A stretch of 64,000 nt of DNA from Octopus vulgaris (GCA_951406725.2 OX597815.1:193502001-193566000); one strand, 5' to 3'. Shown: positions 27,260 to 42,783, numbered from the stretch's first letter. The notes: generated by a model from the letters alone, not told the origin. Program-made: numbers and translations.

Positions 27260-28668
27260 CACGGGACGCCGGTTGTCAGACCGATTCGCCGAACATCTAA
27301 GGGATATTCGTCTACGGTCCTTTTCTCCCGTCGCACGTCACTTCCGCTCGGCCAGCCATTCCCCCGATGACATCTCTGTGTTTGATCTCGCCCCACACAA
27401 CAGTCTTCCACAATCCAGGCTTCACTTGGGGCAACGTTTCATCTTCACTCTACAAACCAATACCCCTCACGGACTCAACACAGCCCCCTCCTCTTAGTGA
27501 CTGCGTCCCACCTTTCTTTCTCCCCCCCCTTTTTTAATCCTTATACAGAAACACACACACATATACTCATGTATCCACGTACACACCCTCCAACACACCT
27601 ACTTCCAACACACCACACACATACAACCTACACGCACCTATACACACACCCACATACACACACGCGCACGCACACATGCCCGTGCATCCACACCAACAAA
27701 CAATACTCATACAGATACGCACACCTTTATAAACATCTAGCAGAGACACACACACACATACACGCTCGTCACGCGCATGTACATTACGCCCACATAACTC
27801 CAGAAAAAACCCCACGCACACACGCATACATTCACACCCACACCCACACATACATACGTACACAGACATACATACATACATTCACACATTCATTTATACA
27901 TACATACACACACACACAAACATACACATACACACACACATACATACATACACACATATATACACACATACATACATACACACACACACATACACACATA
28001 CACACATACATACACACACACACATACATACATACACACATACATACACGCACATACGCACATACACACATACATACACACATAACACACACATACACAC
28101 ATACATACATACACACACACACATACACACATACACGCATGCACACATACATACATACATAGACACACACACAAACATACACATACGCACACACATACAT
28201 ACATACATACACACATACATACACACATACATAATACATACACACACACATACACACATACATACATACACACACACATACATACACATACATACACACA
28301 CACATACGCACATACACATATACATACATACATACACACACACATACATACACACATACATACGTATATACATACACACACACACATACACACATACATG
28401 CATGCACACATACATACATACATACATACATACACGCACACATACACGCATGCACACATACATACATACATACACACATACATACATACATACATACACA
28501 CACACACTTACACATACATAAATACATACATACACACATACACACACATACATACATACATACACACATACATACATACACACACATAACATACACACAC
28601 ATACATACATACAGACATACATACATATGCACATACACACTCACACATACATAGATACATACACACAC

Positions 28669-28703
<35 letters not shown>

Positions 28704-29309
28704 CATACATACACACACACACACACATACATACATCCATACATACATACATACATACATACATGCATACATACATACATATGGGGTTGGCTGTATTGCA
28801 GGCGTGCCTCAGTGCGTGTGTGTGTGTGCCTGTGGATTCACATACACCCACACCAAAAAATTTTTTTTGCATCAATCTTTCAATTATAAAGTGTGTGCTT
28901 GCATACATATATATACACACATATAAACACACATATAAACCCCTACATTTGTACACACACGCACATATATACATACATTCACTCCCACGCACGTACACAC
29001 ACACGCACACACACACACATTTACATATATATACAATACACGCACACACACATACACACGTACAAACACACACTAATTCACATACACACCGACACATATA
29101 CATACACACAATATATACCTACACGCGCACGCACACATACACATACGTACACACATATAAACACAGACACACACATACATACGCGCACCAAAGCATGCGC
29201 ACACATACGCACGCACACGCGCGAAAAAAACTCACAACCCCACGGATACACGCATATACATCCATATACGCTTAGACACACACACATACACGCACACACA
29301 ACTACACGC

Positions 29310-29344
<35 letters not shown>

Positions 29345-30092
29345 AATGAACCCACACATACATCCCATACACACGGCACACAACCATACATACACGCACA
29401 CACATACATACACGCACACAATTATACATATATATACACACACACGCATGTACAAGCACACACGCACACATACACTAAGTTAAGCACAGTTACTCGCCAT
29501 ACACCCAAACTCCACGCATACACACAAAAATACACACGTACACACACACATACTACAAACAAAACACACACACGATACATATACATACACACACACACAC
29601 ATACCTCTTTGTTTTTTACCTGCGATTGGACCCACAACACCAAACCCTAATTCTTACTACTAGCCTGCTACCCAGTTGTTCGCCATACACACACACACAC
29701 ACACACGCACACACACACACACACACGCACACACACACGCACGCACACACACACACACACGCACACACACACACACACGCACACACACGTGTCATCATCG
29801 CACATTTTCTTTACCATACTGTCTTTGATATACTTCTCCTGACTTTTAAAAACATTATTCTTCTACTTTTACCACTTCCGTCTTTTAGTATGAACCTCGT
29901 CTGTATCACTAGCGATTTTTTCCCCTGTCTTCCCTCCTCGGGATCTTTTCTTCTCCTATGTTTCCGACGAAGAGCTCCGCTCGAAACGTCAAACCCTCTT
30001 TCTTCCCTTCTTTCCTGAGCGTCCAATAATACTTTATTTGTTCCACGTCCTTGCGTTGTTGATTTTTTGCTTTTGTTCTCTTGTTTGGATTA

Positions 30093-30095
<3 letters not shown>
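27260..30095 (+). mobile_element. Penelope-like element 3' portion with an internal ~2.2-kb CA/CATA microsatellite
   Basis: [34 protein letters not shown] (GIY-YIG C-half, 27260-27497); pLTR with hammerhead motif at 29960-29994; (TA)n on both sides. Confidence 0.78.
29960..29994 (+). ncRNA. Minimal hammerhead-like motif (Penelope type, U4C variant)
   Basis: gttt-CCGACGA-a-gagc(tcc)gctc-GAAA-cgTC/aaac; 4-bp stems I and II, palindromic ACGT stem III. Confidence 0.6.
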
Positions 30096-30134
<39 letters not shown>

Positions 30135-30192
30135 TAAGTTTATATATATAATACCTGTATCGTAACATGAACACTTTCTGCTTATATCCAGA

Positions 30193-30585
30193 CTAGCAGT
30201 ATCGCCCGGCGTTGCTCGGATTTGTTTCGAACCTTCAGAATTGGAATTTTTGAAAAGTAAATATTTTGCATTATGTAGCTTGTTATTCTCTTTAAGTGAA
30301 CATTTTTCTGGCTGAAATACACCGAAAAATGGCAACACAGCAGTCAAAAAATTGTAAAAATAGGGATTTTCATAGAATAAAAGCACCTTTTTGATGTAAA
30401 TAAATTTTTGGTGTTAACATGATCCGAATTGAATTTTTTCTTCTACGGAAGGAAGAGCAACCCTTCTTCTATCATACTCTCAATTTTGGAAGAACTTGCA
30501 CCGCAGGGTCTCGGAGGAGATAGTGTTAGTTGAAGGCTACCAAACCTGCCATACACAGACAACTTCAGCTTTATATAGAGAGAGA
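30193..30585 (-). mobile_element. Non-autonomous Helitron, complete
   Basis: Reverse complement of the 18513-18902 family, with A|TC and CTAG|T ends and the hairpin. Confidence 0.85.
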
Positions 30586-30916
30586 TTACCTAAAGATTTC
30601 TGATTCGAAACAGCTGTCAGAGACGTTGTCGTATTTTATAATTAATAAATAATTTTATTAATTACCTCTCCATTATATTCTTTAAATATACAAATATATG
30701 AACCACGGTTTATATGGTTACCTTATAATTGAACATTCTATAAATTGGTAAGTAACCAGTATTTTCATTGGATTTATGATCCCTTAATGGGGTCTATTAC
30801 CTTTACTAGAATATACATACATGCATACATATAGATATATGTACATATAGTTCTATATATGTATAAAAGTACAAACTGGAACAAGAACGCAAAACATTTA
30901 GGAGACGAAACAAAAA

Positions 30917-31157
<241 letters not shown>

Positions 31158-33119
31158 CGATGGGTACCAAGGCTGCACCAGTCCTTGCGAACCTCATAAT
31201 GGGTTTCTTCGAACTATCACTCTATGAAATATCAAGCCAGAAATTTGGACATGTTTTCCACACCTACCTAATGGAAAACTGGAAAAGGTATTTGGATGAT
31301 TGTTTCATCATATGGAAAGAACCTTATGAAAAACTCCTGGAATTCAAAACCATACTAAATAACATACATCCCAACATCCAATTCACTATGGAATTAAGCA
31401 AACATCATCTCCCATTCCTTGATCTCCTAATTATAAAAACACCTAAGAACCAAATCATAACAGACATCTACCACAAACCTACAGACTCACAACAATACCT
31501 CCTCTTTAGTTCATGCCACCCAAAACACACCAAGACAAATATCCCTTTCAATTTAGCTAAAAGGGTATGCACCATTGTCTCGGATCCCAAAACACGAGAA
31601 ATACGCCTTCAAGTCCTCAACAAACACTATTACAACGTCAATATCCCTCCACCCTTATAGAGTATGGGATAAAACGCGCCAAAGAACTAGATAACACTAC
31701 ACTGAAAACCACCCAACCTAACACCACACACAACCTCAAAATACTTCCATACATTTCCACCCACAACCCCAAAAATATCGAAGCATACACCACAATCATA
31801 CAAAACCTCAGTCTACTGTCAACAGACCCAAAAATGAAAAACATTATAAATACACACAAAATCCTCAAATGTAAAAGGTAACACAAATCTTTAAAAAAAA
31901 CTTTTGACAAATGCCAAACTTCACACACCACATCCACCCCCAACATTAAAAAAATGTGCACGCCCAAACTGTGGCACCTGCCCCTTCCTACTTCAAGGCT
32001 CTGAATTTACCTTCAAACAAGGTACGAAGTTTAAAATCATGACTAACTTCTCCTGTTCCTTCGAGAACCTTATCTACGTTCTCACATGCGCTGGTTGCCA
32101 ACATAATTATGTTGGCCAAACGAGTCTCCCGTTACGTAAACGAGTAGCGGTGCATAAAGAACAAATAAATCTCCCGGAATACCGACAAATTCCACTGAGT
32201 GACCACATAGACTCATGCGCTAAAGACTTAAACCCCAAATTCTATATATTCCCCTTCTACCAATGTAAAGACGGGATCACCACACAGGAGAGAATTAACA
32301 AGGAGAATCTCTTTATGGAAAAATTCCAAACGCAACTTAATATGCAAACTCCTCGTTGATCAAACTTCCTTTTTCTACCTCATTCTTCATGTTTGGACTA
32401 ACACAAATATATAAGGATACCATGCATTCATCACTTCAAGCTAAAACTTATATTCTTTAAATATCATTTTTACTATTGTTGTTATTACTATCATTTTTAT
32501 TATATATGATATAACAATCTGAAATGCAATTGTCTATGCAAATTTATATAATTAGAAAATAATATAAATAAAGTGTTAAAATCTGAAAGTTAAGTTAACA
32601 AACAATTATATAATAAAGATAATGCAAATGAAGCTAAAATGATAATTTTATAATTTGGGGTTTATCAACAGCCTTTATTGAAGAACTCAAAAGAGTTGTC
32701 TCCCCTTATTCACAACACAGGAACTGAAGAACCACAATTACTACTACTTCCTGTCTTGCCAACATCCTTAATTGAACCAAACAACACATGCTCTTAATCC
32801 CATTGGATCCTAATACCTCAAGGTAATTTTTTCGTGAACAATCATTAAACTCAAGATACACAACGAACTCACAATGTATCGGAGTACTTATTTTTTAATT
32901 TTTGTACATATTTATTATTATTCTTTTGCAAAAAACAATGCAATTTTCTTTTTTCCCCTTTCTAATTTTTAAAAAACTTTTTAACCTAAATATTCTTGAC
33001 AAGTCATACAATGACAAAAACCGCTTTGAATAAATATATATTTATATATTTTATCAATTTCTCATTTCATTAAAATTTTCTTTCATTTGAGCATTCTGCA
33101 TTTTTACAATTTTTCCTTG

Positions 33120-33120
<1 letters not shown>
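31158..33120 (+). mobile_element. Penelope-like (Neptune-type) retroelement, 5'-truncated and frameshifted
   Basis: RT motifs [30 protein letters not shown] (31160-31660); zinc-finger-like CARPNCGTC and NLIY..C..C..YVGQT..R..H GIY-YIG (31904-32359); (TA)n at both ends. Confidence 0.9.
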
Positions 33121-33164
<44 letters not shown>

Positions 33165-33178
33165 TATTTTTTTTTGTA

Positions 33179-36048
33179 GTTTCAGCTCAGAGCTGCGGCC
33201 ATGCTGATGCCCCGCCGTTTTATGCTACACTGTTATTGCGACGAACCTCGTCTAATATGTGGCACTTGGTGAAGAATGGAGTTTGATACAGCTACTCTCA
33301 TTTGCACCTCTTGCCGTGAGGTAGGTTTATCTGGGACTCTTGACAGGAAGATGTCCAGTTTTGATTTAAAAACCGCTACATCTACTTTGTGCAAGTTCCT
33401 CAGACTCTTTGGGAGAATATTAAAAAGCTGTGGGCCCTTGAAACCCAGGCTGTTGCAGAAGCTGGTCCTGAAGCGTGATGGCATTGCTGGGATCTTTGGC
33501 ACTATGCAGTGTCGTCCCGTTCTAGCATTGGTGTAGCTTACAATGCCAAAATTTGGCACAATTCCTTCCAGGATCTTCCAGACATATATTACTGCATACC
33601 TCTCCCGTCTTCTCTCCAGGGAGTAGAGTCTTAGCTGTTTCAACCTTTCCAGTAGCTGAGCTGTTGCAAAGTGACGATCTTCTTTGTGAATCTTCTCTGG
33701 ATTTCTTCAAGGTCTGCTATTAATTTTACACTGGTGGGTGACCATAGTTGTGAGCAGTAATCCAGGCGACTGGGGGCGAATGTTCGCCAGAGGACCATCA
33801 TGGTTTCCTTATCTCTGGTTCTGAATGTTCTTAGGATCCACCCAGCCAGTCGTCTGCACTTTGTCGCCATCCTGGTAATGTGCACTTGGAAAGAGGTATC
33901 ATCACTCATGTCGATACCCAAGTCCCTCCCTGACTTAGGCTCTGGGATTGAAATTCCCTGTGGACCGGTGTATCCTGTAAGTTTAATATTCAGTTTTGGA
34001 TGCTGGTAGCGCAGGGCCTGGAATTTTTCAGCATTAAACTGCATATTATTATCCTCAGCCCATCTGTAGATTGAGTCCAGCTCCTGCTGCAGGTGTGCAA
34101 CATCGCTGGGGTTCTGTATTTCCTGCGAGACTTTCGTATCGTCTGCATAGCTGGCCAGAGTGGCTATCCGGGCATTTGAGGGCATATCTGAGAGGGCCAC
34201 TATAAAAAGCAGTGGTCCCAAGACAGTGCCCTGTGGAACACCGCTCACTATTTGTATGTTCATAGAGGTGGCTCCATTAACCACTACTGCCTGACTCCTA
34301 TCTTTCAGGAAGTCATGCAACCACACTCCAAGTTTTCCAGCTATGCCGAGGTCACGTAGTTTGTGGCATATCATACCATGATCCACCTTGTCAAAAGCTT
34401 TTGCAAAATCAAGGTAGATTACGTCCACATTTGATTTGTTGAGTAACTGCCTCAACACACAGTCATAATGCTGTAAGAGCTGGGTCAGGCAGCTCCTACC
34501 TGGTCGAAAACCATGCTGGGTATTACTCAGCAAGTTATTTTCCTCAAGGAATGCGATTAGTTTCTTTCTGACTATCCTTTCCATGCCTTTGCTGATGTGT
34601 GAAGTCAGAGAGATAGGCCTATAGTTTTTGGCATCTGCTCTACTTCCCCCTTTATGTATTGGGCATATTATTCCCTCCTTCAGCTTGCTTGGCAGTTTGC
34701 CATTCGCAAGAAAGCTCTGGAAGAGAATCTTGAAGGGTTTTGCCAGGGCATGCTTACACGCTTTGAGGAGGATGGCTGGGAAACCGTCTGGACCAGCAGA
34801 TGAGTTTGTGTCCACTTCATCTAAGGCTAGTAGGACATCTTTTTCGCTAATGTCAATACATTCTATTTTAACCGCCTCGCTGGTTATAGGTGAGGTGGCA
34901 AAGAAGTCCACTGGTTCGTTCACTTGTCTGTGTTCCAACGGGGTTGTAAAGACACTTTTGAACTGGTCATTCAGCATCTCACTGATCATAGTTGGACTGT
35001 CTGTGAGGGAGCCATCCTTTTGGAGGAGGCGTCCTATCTTGTAGTACACTGAGACTGTTTCTTTCACGTAATGAAAGAAGGCCTTTGGGTTTGATTTAAT
35101 GTTTTTTATAACCCAAGCTTCTTTGCTTTTTCCTTTACATAGGATTGTTGCAGCCTTTTTTCGATCTCCATCAGTGTTGTTTTTAGGCGGGACGTTTCGC
35201 AACTTTTGGGATGTTGGTTGAGACGATTTGCAACCTTCGTCCGTTGTCTCATGAGGATCTTCCTGTCTCTTGGAATCTTGCTCCTATTTGTTTTGGCCTT
35301 GTGCTCTGGGACATATTTCTGGCATACGGCTTGCACAGAAAATATTCTAGTTTCATGTCAATGTCTGGTGTGGAGAGACATTCCGGCCAGTCCTCTCTGA
35401 GGATCTCTTTTTGGATCGATTTCCAATCTGCTTTGTGGAAGTTCAGATTGGAGAGATTTCAGGTGCTTCCTTTAGGCTGTATGTCTCTGGTTACTTTTGG
35501 CCCAAACATTGACAGCTCTATTATGTTGTGATCCGAAACTGATGTCGGTGTCACTTTCACATCATGAATGATGTCCATATTGTTCGTGAAGCAGAGATTC
35601 AGAATTTTATTCGCCCTAGTTGGCTTGAGTACAACTTGCTCCATGAATAAGGCATTGGTGAGGTTGAGCAGGGACTCCACCTGTACTTGCTTGCAATGAT
35701 TCATTCCTGAGAGTATGTGACCTTCGGGCCATTTGACGTTGGGGAAGTTGAACTCACCCATAAGAAATATGGTCACGTGGTGTTCCAGATTCATGAGGAT
35801 TTCTTTAATTCTTGTGAGGCAATCTTAAAACTTGCCTATGTGATTTGGGGCATCCGGTGGGCAATATGTATTGCATATGACTATATTATGTTGTCTTATG
35901 TATACAATTAAGGTGTCACATACCGAATTTGAGTATGTCATCAAGACCTGGGGTGTGAGTTCATCTCGGATGTATACAGCAACTCCACCATGGCTCCTTT
36001 CCCTTCTGTCTGTTCGCAGTATGGCATAGTTTGGTATGTGTACTTCTG
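33179..36048 (-). mobile_element. CR1-clade LINE (duplicate of 953-3822)
   Basis: RT ORF 33640-35202 with the same disablements. Confidence 0.93.
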
Positions 36049-36308
36049 TATATATATATATTAGACAAGTTGGACAATTAGAACTTCAATTTTAAAGATC
36101 AAACAGTTCATGTCCACATTTCCATAGATCAGACGAAATTTTTGAAGCAATTTTTCTAGAACCGGATACCTGTCATCAACTCTCGTTGGTTTCCAAGGTA
36201 ATATTTCCTTATTGTCAGACACAGTTATCATGGACTGAAAGCAATCAACATCGCTCATATGTAACAGATGCTAATTTAGAACCATCACTAATATCAAGGC
36301 AAGGGTAT

Positions 36309-37306
36309 ACACAAAAGTTTCACAGGCAATACAAAATAAACAAAAGTTTCACAAGCAATACAGAACCCTGAAGACATTATTCACCTGCAATGTGAGCTGG
36401 ACAAAATATACAAATGGGCTGAAAAGAATAGCATGCAGTTCAATGCTGAAAGGTTTCAAGCTTTATGCTATCAGCATGCAAAACTAAATGCAATACCCAA
36501 TGAATACACTGGACCCGCAGGGATTGCAATCCCAGAGGCACAATCAGTGCGTGACCTGGGTATTTACATGAGTGATGACGCAACCTTTCATGTACATGTT
36601 GCTAAATTGGCAATGAAATGTAGACGACTGGCCGGATAGATTCTTAGAACCTTTAGAACAAGAGAACAAGAAAACATGATGGTCCTCTGGAGGACACTTG
36701 TCCTAAGCCACTTTGACTATTGCTCTCAGCTATGGTCACCATTCAGTGTCAAGTTGATCACAGAACTTGAGGCGATCCAACGAAGCTACACGAAGAAGAT
36801 AGCCTCTGTGCAGCATATAAGCTACTGGGAAAGACTCAAGAGATTAAAACTCTATTCCTTGGAGCGTAGGCGAGAAAGATATGCCATAATATACATCTGG
36901 AAGATCCTGGAAGGACTTGTCCCAAACTTTGGCATCGAGAGTTACACAAATACCAGAACTAGGCGTCACTGCGTGGTGCCAAGGACTCCAAATTTGCCAT
37001 CAAGATGTAGGACAAGATACTGTGATAGCCTGGGCTTCAGAGGCCCACAGCTCTTCAATATCCTCCCGAGGAACCTGAGGGACTTGCATGGGGTGGATGC
37101 AGATGTCTTTAAACTAGGACTGGATCTCTTCCTGTCAGGTGTCCCGGATGAACCAACTTCACGCCAGGAGGTGCAGATGAGGGCAGCTGCATCAAACTCT
37201 CTCATGCACCAAATGGCAGTTGCTAAAAAGCATTCGTGAAGTAAAATCATGTAGCAACAACAAATGGCGGTGCCCCAGCATGGCCACAGCTCGTGAGCTG
37301 AAACTA
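36309..37306 (+). mobile_element. CR1-clade LINE 3' fragment (duplicate of 4083-5080)
   Basis: ORFs 36433-36639 and 36676-37239. Confidence 0.92.
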
Positions 37307-37329
37307 GATAAAATACAAATAAATTTTAA

Positions 37330-37408
<79 letters not shown>

Positions 37409-37418
37409 CGTATATATA

Positions 37419-37509
<91 letters not shown>

Positions 37510-37510
<1 letters not shown>

Positions 37511-40445
37511 GGTACAAGCAATTAAGATTCAAGTGAGTTCTGTTGAATTCACATGAATATGGTACTTAACTTGGATGCACCAGAAATCTATATGGTATTA
37601 ACCATACGACAAAGTGGGGTGATTATAAATAGGAAAAAAGCAACAAGAATGGATCAATATTTCGGTACAATTGTTTCGTACGAAGACATCTTTAATAAAG
37701 CTACAAAAATTGCAGTAAATATAAGTGACCCGTACTAATCAGCCGAAAAAACATCTGAGATCTCCAAACATCAAAGGGGGTGATGTTACACTCGTGAAAC
37801 ATCATGGAAAGTTCTATAAAAATGAGGTTTAGATAACAAATTGATTTCTAAAAGTTCTGTTAGTATTGCACAGTCATATATCAGGTTTAATTTTTTTTTT
37901 TCAAAACCTCTTAGTTTTCCAGAAAGTGAAGATGAAAGTGAGGATGTAAATTCATCCATATTGAAGAAAGTTTGATTCCTGGAGGTATGATGAGAGGTAT
38001 CGTACTCACAGAATATGTATTTATCCATATATAGTTCATAGTAAAGTGTGATTCAAGCTGTGTGAAGATATTTTGGATACATTTGTGCGAAATTTCTGAA
38101 AACTGCTATGTTAGAATCCGAAAAAGTTGTAGGAGGGTCAGTGAAGCGTAGCGACAGTCTTATAGTGGAGACGAACTGACTGATATAGAAATCTGCAAGA
38201 ACCACAGAGCTTAAAGGAGGAATGTTAAATCTGACCACCTACTGTTGTTAATTGCTATATAAAGAGGAAATGGGAAGGTGAAAAGGGGGTCAAAGGTTGT
38301 TTCTATAGGAAAACATTTTAGCGTATTTAGTGCAATATTCGAACGGAGGTCATTTAATTTATTTCTTTATTTATTAATGTTACTATTAATACATTGCCAG
38401 GTTATGGGAATAAGAGGTCAGAAGAAAGGAAATAGATTTATTTTTCATAATGAAAAACCGTTATATTATAGGTCTAGGATTAGCAAAATTTATTAGCAGT
38501 ATATAAAAGAACTAAGAAGTCTAATTAACCAATTTTCTATAAGTAGGTTTACTTAAAATAGACTAAAAATTAGAAAGAAATAATTTGAATTATCTACATA
38601 GTCTAATAGAATGAAGTTTCTAATCAACTAATTTATATCTATAAGTATCACCTAGTACAGTTAGAGAGAGAATATAACCATAGCTAATGAGATCGTAGCT
38701 GTCTAATTAAATATATAATATATAATATGTAAGAGTAATGCTTTATTCAAAGTGATTTTTATACACTGTTATCATTTAAAATATTTAAGAGTCTTAATCC
38801 TAGCGTGGATACAGGAAGGACCCAGTTCTATCCGGTTATTCAATAAAATATCATTTTTCCTATTCATTAGTATTTCAAATGTTTCCATGGAGCAAAGTTG
38901 ACAACCAACTCTGCTATTTTTATAAGGTATCGCTCTTCTAACTAATTCCCAATTAAGGTTATACTTAATATTATTGTTTTTTAGTTCCCAGATTTTACTT
39001 GAAAGTGTGGTACTATCAGCTTTATGACGTAATTTGAAAGAAGATAGATGTTTACTAAGGCGTTTTTTAAAATTTATAGTACATCCTAAATAGGTATATT
39101 TGTTATTATCTGTGGTTATGGTGCATTTGTAGATTACGTTATTTAACCCGCATAGACCAGGCGCCGGGCATTTTGATCTAATTCTACAGTTACATCTAGG
39201 GGGATTATAATTCGATGTGGAATTAATCGAGGATAGAAGTCTCATATTACTGTTACTCAAAACATTACGAGTATATTTTTCGTTATTTTGGTTACTGCTG
39301 TTATCTAAAATAGTGTTATCGTTATTGTAGTTAATGTTATTATCTAAAGTAGTATTATCATTTATCGGTATTCCTACACTATCATTTGATTCTATAACCC
39401 TAACATCATTACTAATATTGTTGGTGCTGTTACTATTGTTGCCGGTATTAGTTTCTAAATGTATAGTGTTATTGTAGATATCATTGTTGTCTCCATTCAC
39501 GGTATTTTCACTCTTGGTATTATTCGTATTATTAACATAATTGTTCCTATTTGTGTTATTATTATTACTAGCAATTCTATAGCTATTGGTTATACTTATG
39601 TTATGATATTCATTATTATTATTGTGGCTATTATTAATTTCAGTAATGTTACTACAATTTTCATTAGTATTCTTATTGCTATTATTTAAATTTTTCCTTG
39701 CTAGTTTAATGTTATTATTATTGATCTTGGCTATTAAAGTGGACATATTTGGGAGGGTTGAATAAGAAATTCTGACCGTTTTTTTTAGAAATGATTTTAT
39801 GATATCTATGAGAGGATGGGAAGTTCTTTTCTAGAATTGTTTTGAATCTACTCTGAATATCTGATAAAACCGCACAGTTGAAAGGGATGTTTAGCCACAT
39901 TATGTCCTTCCTATTAAATTTCTTAGAATTAGAATTGGGGTTATTTGAATCGTTCCTACTCTCACCAGAGTCGATGTATTTATTAATGTTCTTATTTGCA
40001 TGTTTCTTAGTTTTATCAAAGTTTATGTTATCCGTATTACCTGTATTCAGTTCAATGTTCCTATTATTATTCTTAATTTCATTAGGAGATTTTGTCATCG
40101 TAAATCTACTTCTACTATTATTTCTGGCGTGATCTCTATTGTTGTTTACGTGGCAATTGTTACTTTTTTTATTAGGGATATGTAAGTTCTCTTTATCAAT
40201 GTTACTAATTGTATGCTTCCTAGTTTTATCTAAAATTATCTTATCAGAGTTATGTATGTTTTGGTCTATGTACTTATCCTTGTTCTAATTACCATTTAGA
40301 TAAGATGTCACATTAAATCTACTTCTACGTCTATTATCGGCGCGATCCCTACTGTTGTTTACGGGGTTATTGCTACTTAAATTATTATGAATTTGTAAGT
40401 CCTCTTTATCAATAAAGGTAATTTTTTGGTTGTATCCTGCTCTAG
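37510..40445 (-). mobile_element. Penelope-like retroelement (duplicate of 5295-8230)
   Basis: GIY-YIG ORF 38772-39746 and linker 39718-40098. Confidence 0.85.
38772..39746 (-). CDS. Penelope GIY-YIG endonuclease with Asn-rich insert (transposon ORF fragment)
   Basis: Same translation as 6558-7532. Confidence 0.8.
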   Translation of the reverse strand: MSTLIAKINNNNIKLARKNLNNSNKNTNENCSNITEINNSHNNNNEYHNISITNSYRIASNNNNTNRNNYVNNTNNTKSENTVNGDNNDIYNNTIHLETNTGNNSNSTNNISNDVRVIESNDSVGIPINDNTTLDNNINYNNDNTILDNSSNQNNEKYTRNVLSNSNMRLLSSINSTSNYNPPRCNCRIRSKCPAPGLCGLNNVIYKCTITTDNNKYTYLGCTINFKKRLSKHLSSFKLRHKADSTTLSSKIWELKNNNIKYNLNWELVRRAIPYKNSRVGCQLCSMETFEILMNRKNDILLNNRIELGPSCIHARIKTLKYFK

Positions 40446-41048
40446 ATACGTTCACGCAGTGGGACTGAACACGAAACCATGTGGTTGGTAAGCAAGCTAC
40501 TTACCACACAGCCACTCCTACGCCTGTTAAGAATATTTATCTTAATACTATTGTTTAATGGATAAAAAGAAAGAACAGTTCAAAGTGATCGTTTAAAGTA
40601 CCGCAGCAACTCAGAGTTTCTGATATTGACATTTTTGCTGCTAATGAACCAAAAATAAAATTTTAAACACCCAGTCTCATTGCTTTGAAGGAATGATGTT
40701 GTGGAGAAAAACATTGGAGGAAAAAGTTACAGAGGTTTAAAAATCGAAAAAACTGTATATTTTTAGCCAATAACGAGACAGAAATTTTCTGCGCTTAGCG
40801 GAGCAATGTCAAATATAAGATTGTAGCATCTGACCTGTTCCTTGTAGGTTTCTAAATAAACAGAAATACCTAATAAAATCAACATGTATCATCTTACTGT
40901 TTCGTTTAACTTTTCCTTGACTGTATGGTTTTATAATTTTTTAATTTGTAATAATATATTTGCATGTGTTTACTTTATGCATATTTCAGTATTATGATTA
41001 CCTGTCATGTACACTTGTGTACATCATTAATATATAAGTGCATGTTAA

Positions 41049-41460
41049 GGCGGCGAGCTGGCAGAAACGTTAGCACGCCGGGCAAAATGCTTAGCGGTGT
41101 TTCGACTACCGTTACGTTCTGAGTTCAAATTCCGCCGAGCTCGACTTTGCCTTTCATCCTTTCGGGGTCGATAAATTAAGTACCAGTTACGTACTGGGAT
41201 CGATATAATCGACTTCATCCGTTTGTCTGTCCTTGTTTGTCCTCTCTGTGTTTAGCCCCTTGTGGGTAGTAAAGAAATAGGTATTCGTCTGCCGTTACAT
41301 TGTGATTTCAAATTCCGCCGAGGTCGACTCTGCCTTTCATCCTTTCGGGGTCGATAAATTAAGTACCAGTTACGTACTGGGATCGATATAATCGACTTAA
41401 TCAGTTTGTCTGTCCTTGTTTGTCCTCTCTGTGTTTAGCCCCTTGTGGGCAATAAAATAA
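41049..41460 (+). mobile_element. tRNA-derived SINE family B with duplicated 3' part
   Basis: Duplicate of 8835-9245. Confidence 0.9.
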
Positions 41461-41712
41461 TAAATTTATGTGTATGTGTGTGTGTGTGTGTGTGTGAAAA
41501 GGGGGCGGCGTCTGTCTCACGATATGAATAATACTGGTCAACAAAGAATTTGTCCGAAGAAAAAGAATACCGGTATCTTATATTTTTTGTGAAATGATCT
41601 TAATTAGCAACGCACCTTTGATAATTAATGCTCAATTACTGATTATTTTTACACTAATTAACTTAATTTGCTATAAAAATACTTTTAAAAAATGAAGGTA
41701 ATAAGAAATATA

Positions 41713-41822
41713 GGCGTAGGAGTGGCTGTGTGGTAAGTAGCTTGTTTACGAACCACATGGTTCCAAGTTCTTCTACTATAGCCTTGGGCCGACCAAAGCC
41801 CTGTGAGTGGATTTGGTATGTG

Positions 41823-41870
<48 letters not shown>

Positions 41871-42061
41871 TGTGTGTGTGTTTGTCCCCCCAATGCTGGT
41901 GTGTTTAGGTCACCGTAACTTAGCGGTTCGGCAAAAGCGACCGATAGAATAAGTACTTGGCTTACAAAGAATAAGTCCTGGAGTCGATTTGCTCGACTAA
42001 AGGGGGTGCTCCAGCATGGCCACAGTCAAATGACTGAAACAAGTAAAGGAGTAAAGGAGTA
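41713..42061 (+). mobile_element. tRNA-derived SINE family A
   Basis: Duplicate of 9499-9845. Confidence 0.9.
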
Positions 42062-42101
42062 ACCGAAATGATGAAAATGTCAATATTATGTTGGAAGAAA
42101 T

Positions 42102-42132
<31 letters not shown>

Positions 42133-42267
42133 TTTGTTTTCAAACTTAATTTCTCGGTGGGTGGGAAAATTGTTTTGGATTGAAGACGGAAAAATGTGGA
42201 GAGGGGTGGTCTCTCTTGGGTTTGTTTGATTTTCACGACAAAAAAAAAACTATATTTCAACAACTTA

Positions 42268-42430
42268 GGCGCAGGAGTGGCTGTGTGGTAAGTAGCTTGC
42301 TTACCAACCACATGCTTCTGGGATCAATCCCACTGCGTGGCACAGTTGGGCAAGTGTATTCTACTATGGCCTCGGGCTCACTAAAGCTTTGTGAGTGGAT
42401 TTGGTAGACGGAAACTGAAAGAAGCCTGTC

Positions 42431-42506
<76 letters not shown>

Positions 42507-42711
42507 GTATGTGTATGTGTATGTTTGTGTGTCTGTGTTTGTCCCCCTCATCATCGCTGGACAACCGATGTTGGTGTGCTCACGTAACTTAGCGGTTCGG
42601 CAAAAGAGACCGATAGAATAAGAGCTAGGCTTACAAATAATAAGTACTGGAGTCGACGTGTTCGACTAAAGGCAGTGCTCCAGCATGGCCGCAGTCAAAT
42701 GACTGAAACAA
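42268..42711 (+). mobile_element. tRNA-derived SINE family A
   Basis: Duplicate of 10052-10481. Confidence 0.92.
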
Positions 42712-42738
42712 ATATATAAATGTATATATATATATATA

Positions 42739-42772
<34 letters not shown>

Positions 42773-42783
42773 CGTATATATAT

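Noticed and set aside
27497-29798. HT/CV-repeat ORFs
   Set aside because: CA/CATA microsatellite translations.
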